Positions 9,000 through 18,198 of a stretch of DNA of 64,000 nucleotides are shown in pieces. The DNA lies in the NCBI GenBank assembly GCA_021852055.1, contig JAJZOD010000010.1:119548-183547 (forward strand), read 5' to 3'. Within the stretch, counting starts at the first letter, position 1. Each line of letters begins with the position of its first letter. Below the pieces are notes generated by a model. That model did no database searches and had not been told where the DNA came from. It worked only from the letters and a program-made list of their open reading frames with translations. The stretch comes from Candidatus Micrarchaeota archaeon. GTDB taxonomy: Archaea; Micrarchaeota; Micrarchaeia; Micrarchaeales; CABMGC01. A program made the translations under genes and the position numbers.

Positions 9000-9229
9000 G
9001 CTATCAGTTTTTGGTTTGGCTAATAAGCCTCATTACCAAGAGCGGCAACACGAACGGTGCGCCCAAAGATAAAGTAGTTTATATTCTCTACAAAAAGGTA
9101 TTTAAATCTTCATGCTTTGATCCTGAATGCGTGAACCACGCATATGCATACAGATACATTCAAAATCTCAAAATAAACCTTCAGTAATTGGGCGTAGTTC
9201 TTCAGATCGGTAAGCCTCTTACTTCCTGC

Positions 9230-10198
9230 TTATCTGTTTCTTCGAAATAGATGAAGAGCGCTTCTGCTCAGACGCTCCCATAGGCTAAGCATCTCCGCCT
9301 CCTTTTTATTCTGCTCGATTTTTTCAGCTTCGTACTTCCGCATGACTCCGCACGCTATATCGTAGATGCTTCTGCCGCTTCCGTCGTTTATGTCTTTCAT
9401 GCCCGCCATGTTGCCATCACGCACCCATCGTGCGCAGCTCATATGATTGAGCACTGCCTCATGCCCGTAAGTCCATCCCAACGGCCTTTTGTGCGATATT
9501 ATGACTATAGAATATAATTTTTCATCCTTGAGAACCCTCTTCGCGATGTCGCGCCATCTTATTATTGCAACCTGCCCTACACTTATGTCATCATTGTTTT
9601 TTATGCCTAAAAATTGCCTTCTTTCTCCAGGCGCAAACAATAGTTTTGCTGCAGCATTGTGATGGTCAACAGCTATCTGTGCAACAGAAATTCCCTCCTC
9701 GTCTTTTATTTTTAGGATTTCATCTTTAGATATGGCTAAAACTGCAGCTTCTTCGTGCTGCAGTGCAGCTTCATGCGCAAAAGACCATCCGTCAGAATCA
9801 TGCCTTGCCGCTATCGAATAGTCTTCTATTGCTTGCAGCGCAGCTGCTTTGTTTGCCCCTACGGCAAGACGCCCCAGCGTATGCTTTGGGCTCAGCTGAA
9901 TGTTTGAAAGATGGCTTTCAGCCAGTATAGTTTTTGCTGCCTGGTCCTCTGTTGACAGCCACTGCGATAAGCCGCTGATATCTCCAGAGTGCACATGCCG
10001 CTGCGCTTTTTCGTAAATCTCCCTGCTGCTTAGCTGGGCTGGCGGCGTTTGGGCAGATTCCGATTCTCTGGAACCTTGCTGTCTTGATTTAAATGTCGGC
10101 AACAAACCACAGTATTTAATAATTTTTTCAGATTTAAATACCTGCCAGATAGATATTCCGCGCTGCGTGAAATTTTGCATTGTTTTGATTCTAGACAA
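9230..10198 (-). CDS. Hypothetical protein with degenerate ankyrin-like repeats
   Basis: Recurrent units GWSFAHEAA, GISVAQIAV, ISVGQVAI, GWTYGHEAV and GRSIYDIA at roughly 35-40 aa spacing. Start uncertain. Confidence 0.55.
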   Translation of the reverse strand: MSRIKTMQNFTQRGISIWQVFKSEKIIKYCGLLPTFKSRQQGSRESESAQTPPAQLSSREIYEKAQRHVHSGDISGLSQWLSTEDQAAKTILAESHLSNIQLSPKHTLGRLAVGANKAAALQAIEDYSIAARHDSDGWSFAHEAALQHEEAAVLAISKDEILKIKDEEGISVAQIAVDHHNAAAKLLFAPGERRQFLGIKNNDDISVGQVAIIRWRDIAKRVLKDEKLYSIVIISHKRPLGWTYGHEAVLNHMSCARWVRDGNMAGMKDINDGSGRSIYDIACGVMRKYEAEKIEQNKKEAEMLSLWERLSRSALHLFRRNR

Positions 10199-10224
10199 AC
10201 AACTAACTTAGACAAACAACTAAC
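10192..10224. repeat. Tandem direct repeat TAGACAAACAACTAAC x2 (period 17)
   Basis: Exact 16-mers at 10192-10207 and 10209-10224. Confidence 0.9.
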
Positions 10225-10226
10225 CG

Positions 10227-10252
10227 CATAGCATACTTATTAATATGCTATG
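10227..10252. promoter_or_regulatory. Perfect inverted repeat, candidate operator upstream of HMG-CoA synthase
   Basis: CATAGCATA-cttattaa-TATGCTATG in the divergent intergenic region, with an AT-rich TATA-like spacer. Confidence 0.45.
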
Positions 10253-10273
10253 TAGCAAATGCTATTGAATTTA

Positions 10274-11320
10274 ATGGCAGGCATTATAGGTTATGGGGTC
10301 CATGTTCCGCACTATCGTATAAAGGTAGAGGAGATAGCGAGAATATGGAACGAGGATCCTGAAAGCATCAAGAAGGGCCTTCACATAAAGGAAAAAAGCG
10401 TTCCGTCGCATGATGAGGATGCAGCAACAATAGCAGTTGAAGCTGCAAGGCGTGCAGTGAAGCATGCCGGAGTAAAAGCTACAGATATTGGCGCAATTTA
10501 TGTAGGGTCAGAATCACATCCTTATGCAGTTAAGCCTACTGCGACAATAGTCTCGCAGGCCATTAGCGCAGGTCATAATCTCACTGCAGCTGATCTTGAA
10601 TTTGCGTGCAAGGCAGGAACAGCAGGCATGCAGATGCTTATGGGCATGTCAGACAGCGGCATGATAAAATACGGAATGACTATAGGCAGCGATACCTCTC
10701 AGGGCAGGCCTGGAGATGCACTTGAGTATACTGCAAGCGCAGGAGGCGCTGCATTCATAATAGGAAAGGAAAAGAGTGAGTCTGTAGCTACGATACTAGA
10801 CACGGTGAGCTTTACTTCCGACACCCCGGATTTCTGGAGAAGGGAGGGAGCAGACTTCCCATCACATGGCGGCAGATTCACAGGAGAGCCGGCATACTTC
10901 AGGCATGTGACTACTGCAACAAAAATGCTTCTGGAGAAAACAGGATTCAAGCCTTCAGACTTCAAGTACGCAGTGTTCCATCAGCCAAATGGAAAATTCC
11001 CGATAGCTGCAGCCAAACTCCTTGGGTTTTCACAGGAGCAAATAGATGACGGCCTGCTTACGCCTATAATAGGCAATACATACTCTGGCGCTTCGCTTTT
11101 GGGCCTTGCGGCGGTCCTGGACAAAGCATCTCCAGGAGACAAAGTCTTAGTAACAAGCTTCGGCTCTGGAGCAGGCAGCGACTCGTTTGCCATAGAGGTA
11201 AACGACATTATAAATGAAAAAAGGACAAGAAGCGAAAAGGTGCTTGACATAATAAATAACGGCAAACTGTACATAGATTATGCAATGTACCTGAAGAACA
11301 GGAAAGGCATCAGAAAATGA
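10274..11320 (+). CDS. hmgS: Hydroxymethylglutaryl-CoA synthase (archaeal type)
   Basis: [39 protein letters not shown] and [10 protein letters not shown]. Confidence 0.95.
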   Translation: MAGIIGYGVHVPHYRIKVEEIARIWNEDPESIKKGLHIKEKSVPSHDEDAATIAVEAARRAVKHAGVKATDIGAIYVGSESHPYAVKPTATIVSQAISAGHNLTAADLEFACKAGTAGMQMLMGMSDSGMIKYGMTIGSDTSQGRPGDALEYTASAGGAAFIIGKEKSESVATILDTVSFTSDTPDFWRREGADFPSHGGRFTGEPAYFRHVTTATKMLLEKTGFKPSDFKYAVFHQPNGKFPIAAAKLLGFSQEQIDDGLLTPIIGNTYSGASLLGLAAVLDKASPGDKVLVTSFGSGAGSDSFAIEVNDIINEKRTRSEKVLDIINNGKLYIDYAMYLKNRKGIRK

Positions 11321-11324
11321 CGCC

Positions 11325-11370
11325 ATAAATAGATAAATAGAATGGTATTGATAAGAATTGTATTGATAAG
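11325..11370. repeat. Two adjacent micro-duplications: ATAAATAG x2 and AAT(G/T)GTATTGATAAG x2
   Basis: 8-mers at 11325-11332 and 11333-11340. 15-mers at 11341-11355 and 11356-11370 (14/15 identical). Confidence 0.9.
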
Positions 11371-11378
11371 TGGTTGCA

Positions 11379-11870
11379 ATGGAACAAGGTACTATGACCG
11401 GTGTCAAGAAAGGAGGCGTCAGTTCGGCGTACCTCGCGTTGGCTGTCACTGCAGTGATAGTGGTAGCTTCTGCATTGTACATAGCCTTGAACACCGGAGT
11501 GAAAAGCTTTACGACACTGACGAATCCTGGAGGAATGACGGCAGCGCAAATCTCCAGATATCCTATATGCAGCAAGCAACAGTATACTTATAACACGACA
11601 TTCAACTGTAGCGTCGGATACGTGATTCAGGGCAACGGCACGCTTATACTCGGGTCGGTAAACGCAAACAATACTGTAACCATGTATGCGTATGACGTCG
11701 GTCCCGCCGTTGACCCTGCCGAGAATATCCCTTCAACAGTGGAGACGTACAAGATAGGAGACGTAGTCGGAAACATGTGCAGGTACAAGCTTACTGTTCT
11801 AGGAGTCAGTTATCTTCAGCAGCACGTCACAATAGGAGTTTCTCCAGGAAACGGGCTCTGCCCTATATGA
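11379..11870 (+). CDS. Hypothetical membrane-anchored/secreted protein (possible class III signal peptide)
   Basis: KKG followed by a hydrophobic helix, then a T/N/Y-rich beta-type domain with 4 Cys and several N-x-S/T sequons. Confidence 0.7.
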   Translation: MEQGTMTGVKKGGVSSAYLALAVTAVIVVASALYIALNTGVKSFTTLTNPGGMTAAQISRYPICSKQQYTYNTTFNCSVGYVIQGNGTLILGSVNANNTVTMYAYDVGPAVDPAENIPSTVETYKIGDVVGNMCRYKLTVLGVSYLQQHVTIGVSPGNGLCPI

Positions 11871-11887
11871 AAATATGTGTGGATTAC

Positions 11888-13051
11888 ATGCGTGAAGTTG
11901 CAATTATAGGAGTAGGTCTGACGCGCTTCGGCGAACGCTGGGAGCACGGCATGCGCGAGCTCATGGCAGAAGCCGGCATACGCGCACTGGAAGATGCAGG
12001 CATAACTAGCAAGGATGTTGAAGTTGTGTATGGAAGCACGATGGCTTCGGGCCGCTTTATAGGCCAGGAGCATATAGCTGCCCTGTTATCTGACCAGCTG
12101 GGCTTTAGGAATATACCGGCAGTAAGGATAGAAAACGCTTGCGCAAGCGGCGGCAGCGCACTGCGGCAGGGCTACCTTGCCGTGGGCAGCGGAGTGCACG
12201 ACATAGTAGTTGTCGGAGGAGTAGAAAAGATGACCGACGTAACAACCGGCGAGGCCACTACTGCACTTGGCGGCGCAGGCGACCAGGAGTGGGAGCTTGC
12301 GCAGGGCATAACATTTCCGGGGTTGTATGCGCTTATGGCAAAAAGGCACATGCATGATTACGGCACAACAGAAGAGCAGCTTGCTGCTGTGGCTGTCAAA
12401 AATCATCTTAACGCAGTGAACAACGAATACGCCCAGTTCAGGAAAAAGATAACCATAGAGGATGTTCTTAACTCGAAGATGGTTGCAGAGCCTCTGAAGG
12501 TGTTCGATTGCTCCCCTATATCTGACGGTGCTGCTGTTGCAGTCCTTGCGCCGCTTGAGATTGCAAGGAAGTACAACGATACCCCTATACAGATACTTGC
12601 AAGCTCACAGGCCAGTGATACATTGGGGCTCGCTGAGCGTTCAAGCCTTACAGAGATAAAGGCTACACAGATTGCCGCGGCAGACGCATACAAGCATTCA
12701 AAGCTTGCACCAAAAGACATAGACATTGTAGAGGTGCACGACTGCTTCACCATAGCTGAGGTAATGGCAATGGAAGACTTAGGCTTTTATGAAAAGGGAA
12801 AGGCCGCAAAAGCAATTGCAGACGGCGAAACAGCCATCGGATCCAAACTTTCTGTCAACACAAGCGGCGGACTGAAAGGGTGCGGTCATCCCGTAGGCGC
12901 TACGGGCATAAAGCAGGCGTGGGAGATAGTAACCCAGCTGCGCGGCGAGGCAGGACAGCGCCAGGTAAACGGCATTGAGATAGGAATGACGCATAATGTC
13001 GGCGGAAGCGGAGCCACGTCAGTAGTGCACATAATGAAGAGGGCAGACTAG
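11888..13051 (+). CDS. Acetyl-CoA acetyltransferase (archaeal thiolase of the thiolase/HMGCS/DUF35 complex)
   Basis: IENACASGGSA, CSPISDGAA, VEVHDCFTIAE, GHPVGATG and HNVGGSG. Confidence 0.95.
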   Translation: MREVAIIGVGLTRFGERWEHGMRELMAEAGIRALEDAGITSKDVEVVYGSTMASGRFIGQEHIAALLSDQLGFRNIPAVRIENACASGGSALRQGYLAVGSGVHDIVVVGGVEKMTDVTTGEATTALGGAGDQEWELAQGITFPGLYALMAKRHMHDYGTTEEQLAAVAVKNHLNAVNNEYAQFRKKITIEDVLNSKMVAEPLKVFDCSPISDGAAVAVLAPLEIARKYNDTPIQILASSQASDTLGLAERSSLTEIKATQIAAADAYKHSKLAPKDIDIVEVHDCFTIAEVMAMEDLGFYEKGKAAKAIADGETAIGSKLSVNTSGGLKGCGHPVGATGIKQAWEIVTQLRGEAGQRQVNGIEIGMTHNVGGSGATSVVHIMKRAD

Positions 13052-13058
13052 TGGTGTT

Positions 13059-13454
13059 ATGGAAAGATCATCGGCAAGCATGTGGAGGAAGCTCAACTCA
13101 CGGTACAATCTTGTAGGCACTGAATGCGAAAACTGCAAGTCTCTTTATTTTCCATCAAGAATAGTCTGCAAGAACTGCGGAAGACAGACAAAGATGCGGA
13201 ACAAGACATTCGCAGGCACAGGCGAGATATACTCATTTACAAAGATACACGTTCCTGCCGAGGCGTTCCGTGAGGATGCACCGTATACTGTTGCTGTGAT
13301 AAAGCTTGACGAGGGCCCCATGGTTGAAGGTCACATCGTTGAATCCGGCAAAGAAGTAAAAATAGGCACAAGGGTAAGGCAGGTATTCAGGAAGATGCTC
13401 GTTGAAGAGGATGAAGGCCTTATCCATTACCACTTTAAATTTGAGCCTGTCTGA
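13059..13454 (+). CDS. DUF35 Zn-ribbon/OB-fold scaffold protein
   Basis: CENCKSLYFPSRIVCKNC and GEIYSFT...PYTVAVIKLDEGP, directly after the thiolase. Confidence 0.92.
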   Translation: MERSSASMWRKLNSRYNLVGTECENCKSLYFPSRIVCKNCGRQTKMRNKTFAGTGEIYSFTKIHVPAEAFREDAPYTVAVIKLDEGPMVEGHIVESGKEVKIGTRVRQVFRKMLVEEDEGLIHYHFKFEPV

Positions 13455-13598
13455 AAGCAACACGCTTCTGCAGCAAAACAGCAGCATGTTTTGAGAGATG
13501 CCAGCCCAGTACAATCACTGTCGAACCGGCAAAGTAGGATAAATATAATAACCTGAGCATTGAAAAGAATTCAGAAGCGACGTTAAACAGATGATCGG

Positions 13599-15050
13599 AT
13601 GGCAGAAGACCAGGCAGACGAACTCACTAAAATAAGGAAGGCAGGGATAGACCCGTATGCACATAGATTTGACAGAAACGCAACAGCAGCGGAGATTATA
13701 AAAAATTACTCCGACATAAAGGCTGATGAGAAGGTAGAAAAAACGAAGGTTCTTACAGCCGGAAGGATACGCTCGAAGAGGAAACACGGCGGCCTTGTGT
13801 TTGTTCACATTGAAGACTTCTCAGGCAGGATACAAATATTTATTAGCGCCAGCGACGTAAGCAAGGCCGATTTCGAGCTCATGGAAAGGCTAAATGTGGG
13901 AGATTTTATAGGTGTGGAAGGATGCGTTATGAAGACTTCGAGAGGCGAACTGAGCATACTTGCAAAAAAGATAACACTGCTTACCAAAGCCCTGCTGCCA
14001 TTGCCCTCTGAATGGTACGGGCTGAAGGATGAAGAGCTGCGGTACAGGAAAAGGTACCTTGACATGCTTCTGAATCCTGAAGTAAAGGATATGCTTGTCA
14101 AGAAATCGGTATTCTGGAGATCTATGAGGGACTTCATGATATCAAAGGGATTTATAGAGGTATACACTCCAGTTCTGGAGAATACAACGGGCGGTGCAGA
14201 TGCAAAGCCGTTTATCACACACCACAACACACTTGACATAGACGTATACCTTAGAATATCTACTGGTGAACTGTGGCAGAAGATGCTTCTTGTCGGCGGT
14301 TTTGAGAAAACGTTTGAGATAGGCAGGATATTCAGGAACGAGGGAATGGATGCCGATCATGCACAGGACTACAATCAATTGGAGTTTTACTGGGCATACG
14401 CAGATTACAAAGACAACATGAAGCTTGTAGAGGAGATGTACAAGTACGTGATACAGCAAACCTTTGGCACCATGAAGTTTCATATACGCGGCACAGACGT
14501 AGATTTTGGAAAGAGATGGAAGGAGTATGACTATACAGGCGAGATCAAGAAAGGCACAGGGATAGACATAAACCACACAACTGCAAAAGAGTGTATTGCG
14601 CGTTTAGATGAGCTCGGTGTCGAATACGAAAAGAAGGGCATGAACCTGGAGAGGGCCGTGGATAGTTTATGGAAGCACTGCAGGAAAAAGATAAACGAAC
14701 CGGGATTTCTTGTGAACCACCCTTTGATAGTATCGCCTCTTGCAAAAAAAATGGAGGGCAATCCAAAGCTTGTAGAAAGGTTTCAGGTAATTTTTGCAGG
14801 TACTGAAGCAGGTAACGGTTATTCTGAGCTGAACGACCCTATAGACCAGGAACAGAGATTCATGGAGCAGGCGAAGCTCAGGACTGCAGGCGACGAGGAG
14901 GCACAGATGTTTGCGAAGGATTTCGTCGAGGCATTGAAGTACGGCATGCCTCCTGCAACAGGGTTCGGGGTGTCTGATAGGTTGTTCTCGCTGCTCATGG
15001 ACAAATCAATAAGGGAGTGCACTACATTTCCACTGCTGCGGCCAGAGTAG
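13599..15050 (+). CDS. lysS: Lysyl-tRNA synthetase, class II
   Basis: RYRKRYLD, GGADAKPFITHHN, YEIG-like FEIGRIFRNEG, ERFQ, NGYSELNDP and YGMPPATGFGVSDRL. Confidence 0.96.
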   Translation: MAEDQADELTKIRKAGIDPYAHRFDRNATAAEIIKNYSDIKADEKVEKTKVLTAGRIRSKRKHGGLVFVHIEDFSGRIQIFISASDVSKADFELMERLNVGDFIGVEGCVMKTSRGELSILAKKITLLTKALLPLPSEWYGLKDEELRYRKRYLDMLLNPEVKDMLVKKSVFWRSMRDFMISKGFIEVYTPVLENTTGGADAKPFITHHNTLDIDVYLRISTGELWQKMLLVGGFEKTFEIGRIFRNEGMDADHAQDYNQLEFYWAYADYKDNMKLVEEMYKYVIQQTFGTMKFHIRGTDVDFGKRWKEYDYTGEIKKGTGIDINHTTAKECIARLDELGVEYEKKGMNLERAVDSLWKHCRKKINEPGFLVNHPLIVSPLAKKMEGNPKLVERFQVIFAGTEAGNGYSELNDPIDQEQRFMEQAKLRTAGDEEAQMFAKDFVEALKYGMPPATGFGVSDRLFSLLMDKSIRECTTFPLLRPE

Positions 15051-15135
15051 AGTTCCGGACTTACAGCTTATGTAGGGATAAAATTGCAAACCAGCTTAGG
15101 ATAAAGTTGTTATGTCAAAAAAGCCTGGCTTTTTG

Positions 15136-16191
15136 CTACAGGGTTTCCCCGGAAAGTAATGCATACATTATCCCTACAAGAACCGAGGATCTCTCATTTC
15201 CATGAAGCAATGCAACCTTATTGCAGTACTCTTCTGCTTTATCAGGACCCAAAACAAGCGTCTTAAGCATGGCAAGAGGGGCTACGGCTTCAGCAAGAGT
15301 GCCATAATCAGGAGATATTGATATAGAGGGCGTATGTATGCCGTTTTTACATTTTGGCATTTTATTTTCTATTGCTGAAAGAAGCTCTCTTGCTGCTTCT
15401 TTTTCTCCTTTTTGAAAGTATGCCAAGCCTATCAATGCATTCATGTGCGTCTGCGGTGAGTTGCCGCTATCGCTAATATACAAGCCAGACGCATCTCTTT
15501 TGTTTTTTGCCGCAGAAAAACCCTGCTGCTTGGCAGTTTCTAAATCACCGATGGCAGCAGCAAGCAGACTTACCCAGATGTGTGATATGGAGTTTTTGGA
15601 AGTATCTCCAGGAACAAGTGTAAACTGTCCGCTTTCATCCTTAGAGGCATTTGCTTTTATGAGCCTAAGATGCTCCGCGGCTTTCTTCTTGTCGCCAGTA
15701 ATGCAGTGTAGGATACCGACAGCAGCAGTTACCCAAATGTACTCTTTATCGCCCTGCGTTTTTGATATATACATGCCATGCATACCTTTCTCCAATTCGT
15801 GTGTTGCCTTGGAAAGCAGGTCTGCTGCAAGAGCCCTATATTCCATTTTTTGCTTGGTCTCTAGCCCGCTGGTTTTTTGCACTGCATGAAAAGCCGTGCC
15901 TACCTGTAGTCCTCTGCACTCTTTATATAGCGCAGGGACCATGCCCTGAAAAACCATGCTTATATTCTCATGGCGCTTTATCTCTACAATTCCAACATTT
16001 TTTGCATTCCACCTTTTATGTGCTGTCGACATTTTCCCACCAAACAACATCGCATACGATGCCACCTGGCGTTCGTACGCATGTTCCCCATAATATCCCT
16101 GCAAGAAAGTATTTATGGCTTTGCTGAATTGACAGTTTTCTTTCAGAGGATTAGGCTTATAGGCAACATGCCTGGGTGCCTGATGCCACAC
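15136..16191 (-). CDS. Hypothetical alpha-helical repeat protein
   Basis: About 50-aa units ending G(M/Q/L/I)(Y/F/H), each followed by helix-G-D/E-xxx-A. Start uncertain. Confidence 0.55.
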   Translation of the reverse strand: MWHQAPRHVAYKPNPLKENCQFSKAINTFLQGYYGEHAYERQVASYAMLFGGKMSTAHKRWNAKNVGIVEIKRHENISMVFQGMVPALYKECRGLQVGTAFHAVQKTSGLETKQKMEYRALAADLLSKATHELEKGMHGMYISKTQGDKEYIWVTAAVGILHCITGDKKKAAEHLRLIKANASKDESGQFTLVPGDTSKNSISHIWVSLLAAAIGDLETAKQQGFSAAKNKRDASGLYISDSGNSPQTHMNALIGLAYFQKGEKEAARELLSAIENKMPKCKNGIHTPSISISPDYGTLAEAVAPLAMLKTLVLGPDKAEEYCNKVALLHGNERSSVLVGIMYALLSGETL

Positions 16192-16243
16192 GTAAGATAA
16201 TAGGCAATAATGCAGATGTGTCCCGGCACAGATGATCTAAATA

Positions 16244-16316
16244 TAGCCCCATCCAGATTCGAACTGGAGTTTCCAGGTCCAGAGCCTGGCGTGCTTGACC
16301 ACTACACAATGGGGCT
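16244..16316 (-). tRNA. tRNA-Gln(CTG), no intron, CCA not encoded
   Basis: AGCCCCA/TGGGGCT acceptor stem, CCAGG-CTCTGGA-CCTGG anticodon arm and GTTCGAATC T-loop. Confidence 0.96.
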
Positions 16317-16440
16317 TTATGCTACTCTTTTGCCAAGAAAGTTATTAATATTGTTGCATATAGTATAAGATTTTGGGAATAGGCTAAATTCTTTTCCAAT
16401 TATATAATAAGTTATACTGTGGCAGGTACGATAGGTTATT

Positions 16441-17136
16441 ATGGCAGATTATCGAGCTTACATCCCGACTAAAAATGAGATAATAGATTTATGCATAGCT
16501 GTGGCTGCGCTTACCATAGGCTTCTCCATGGCAATTGTGGGCGGATTCTCAGGCGTGAAGAACTTTATTGTGGTACTTCCGGTTGCATTTGTCGCCATAC
16601 TTATATCATTTCCGCTCCACGAATATATGCATAAGATAGTGGCACAGAGGTTTGGAGCCATAGCTGCATTCAAGCGTTCTGACACGGGCATCCTGCTCAC
16701 CATAGCTACTGGATTTCTGGGCATACTTTTTGGAATGCCTGGCGCAACTATGATATATACGAATAATTTTACAGTAAAAGAAGAGGGCTATGTATCTATA
16801 GCAGGCCCTCTTACAAACTTAGCCATATTTGCCGTACTTTTTGCGATCAGCTTCATTCCTGCAATTAACTCAAACGCATATTTTATGACGTCTTTATCAT
16901 TTATACTTTTTATAAACCTGTGGCTTGCGTTCTTCAATATGCTGCCACTGTACCCTTTGGATGGAAGCAAGGTGCTCCGCTGGAACAAGCCGGTTTATGC
17001 AACAACTATGGCAGTATTGATAGCATTGTTGTTCTATATCGAAGGTATTGGAATAGTATACAGCATCCTGATAGTGCTGGTTATAGCGTTTATAATGTCA
17101 TCGCTTTACAGGGGGATGATATTCAGAGGGCCCTGA
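16441..17136 (+). CDS. Site-2 protease (M50 family membrane metalloprotease)
   Basis: HEYMH zinc motif, SIAGPLTN and NMLPLYPLDG. Confidence 0.92.
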   Translation: MADYRAYIPTKNEIIDLCIAVAALTIGFSMAIVGGFSGVKNFIVVLPVAFVAILISFPLHEYMHKIVAQRFGAIAAFKRSDTGILLTIATGFLGILFGMPGATMIYTNNFTVKEEGYVSIAGPLTNLAIFAVLFAISFIPAINSNAYFMTSLSFILFINLWLAFFNMLPLYPLDGSKVLRWNKPVYATTMAVLIALLFYIEGIGIVYSILIVLVIAFIMSSLYRGMIFRGP

Positions 17137-17185
17137 ATAAATTTAAATATCTGAAAAAACAGCATTAAACACAGGAAGTGATAAC

Positions 17186-17392
17186 ATGAAGCATAAAAGC
17201 GCTAGAATGAATATAATAGGGGGATTTGCAACAGTGCATGAATCCAATAAGAGCAGTTCTGAAGTTAAGAAGGGCTTGGATGATGTTGTCAGAATTCCTA
17301 TCGGAGGTTTTGCTACAGTAATATGTAAAAAAGGCGACAGAATATCCGGTGCAGGCGGCGCAGATAACCCTTTGAAAATAAATCGTACGTAA
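17186..17392 (+). CDS. Small hypothetical protein with duplicated IGGFATV motif
   Basis: GTGAT SD-like before ATG. The repeat is conserved in protein but synonymously diverged in DNA (GGGGGATTTGCAACAGTG vs GGAGGTTTTGCTACAGTA). Confidence 0.6.
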   Translation: MKHKSARMNIIGGFATVHESNKSSSEVKKGLDDVVRIPIGGFATVICKKGDRISGAGGADNPLKINRT

Positions 17393-17652
17393 GTTAGCTG
17401 TATGCTTTTGATCCTATGCCATTGAATCATGACATTTGCGTGCCTTTGAATATTTTAGTGTGAAGAATATTAGGATTGGCCGGGCTGTGCACTCATCTCT
17501 CCCGCATTGGGCCCGTTTGCCATAAACCCTTCTGGAATCGCATCAACATGAAGAGCCTGGCGATTACTTAGGTTTTGTCTTGTAACTGCTCTTACAGTAA
17601 ATATAAGATAAATATATATAGGTGGATAAAGAGATGGTGTTGTGGGATAATC

Positions 17653-18198
17653 ATGAAAACAAGAGCGAAAAACGTAAAAGTAATCTCGAATGTTGTTGCT
17701 GCAGGCCTTGTGGGAGCTTCACTCTCAATATCGGGATGCGCAGGCACAGAACAGGGCAGTTTCCAATCAAATACACCGGATTTTGCCGTACTTGTAAAGC
17801 AGACAGATCAGCAGGCGCGTTCTGTTGTTCCTGGCCCCGAAGCCTTGAATCTTAGCGTTGATGAAAAATTTCGTAGAAGTGCAATCGGATCTGCATTGCC
17901 GCGCATTGTAATGGTTCCTGCAGTCCAGAATCTTAACTCAGAAAACCCTAAGGGCAAGATTGAGATGTCATATGGAGACCCTATTTCTCTTGCATACAGG
18001 CATGGCACACAGATAGTTTGCAATAGTCAGGAATTTGAGGGCGTTGTCAGAGGAAATATAAATGATGTAAAGAAGGCTATTGGAAACTGCTCTGGCATAA
18101 AGGTATATACGCTCCCTAAGCTTAATGAGACAGTACTTCTGGGAAGAAAGCAGGACGTTTTGTCTGCATTAAAAAGAATAAAAGATAGCGATTTGTGA
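17653..18198 (+). CDS. Hypothetical lipoprotein-like protein
   Basis: Basic N-terminus, hydrophobic stretch and lipobox-like SISGC. The stop codon TGA lies inside the left end of the MITE. Confidence 0.6.
   Translation: MKTRAKNVKVISNVVAAGLVGASLSISGCAGTEQGSFQSNTPDFAVLVKQTDQQARSVVPGPEALNLSVDEKFRRSAIGSALPRIVMVPAVQNLNSENPKGKIEMSYGDPISLAYRHGTQIVCNSQEFEGVVRGNINDVKKAIGNCSGIKVYTLPKLNETVLLGRKQDVLSALKRIKDSDL

Noticed and set aside
9127-9143. Hairpin ATGCGTG-AAC-CACGCAT
   Set aside because: Short 7-bp stem at a gene end; probably an ordinary terminator-like element.
17186-17392. GGFATV as a protein-kinase glycine loop
   Set aside because: It lacks the GxG prefix and every other kinase motif, and the ORF is only 68 aa.
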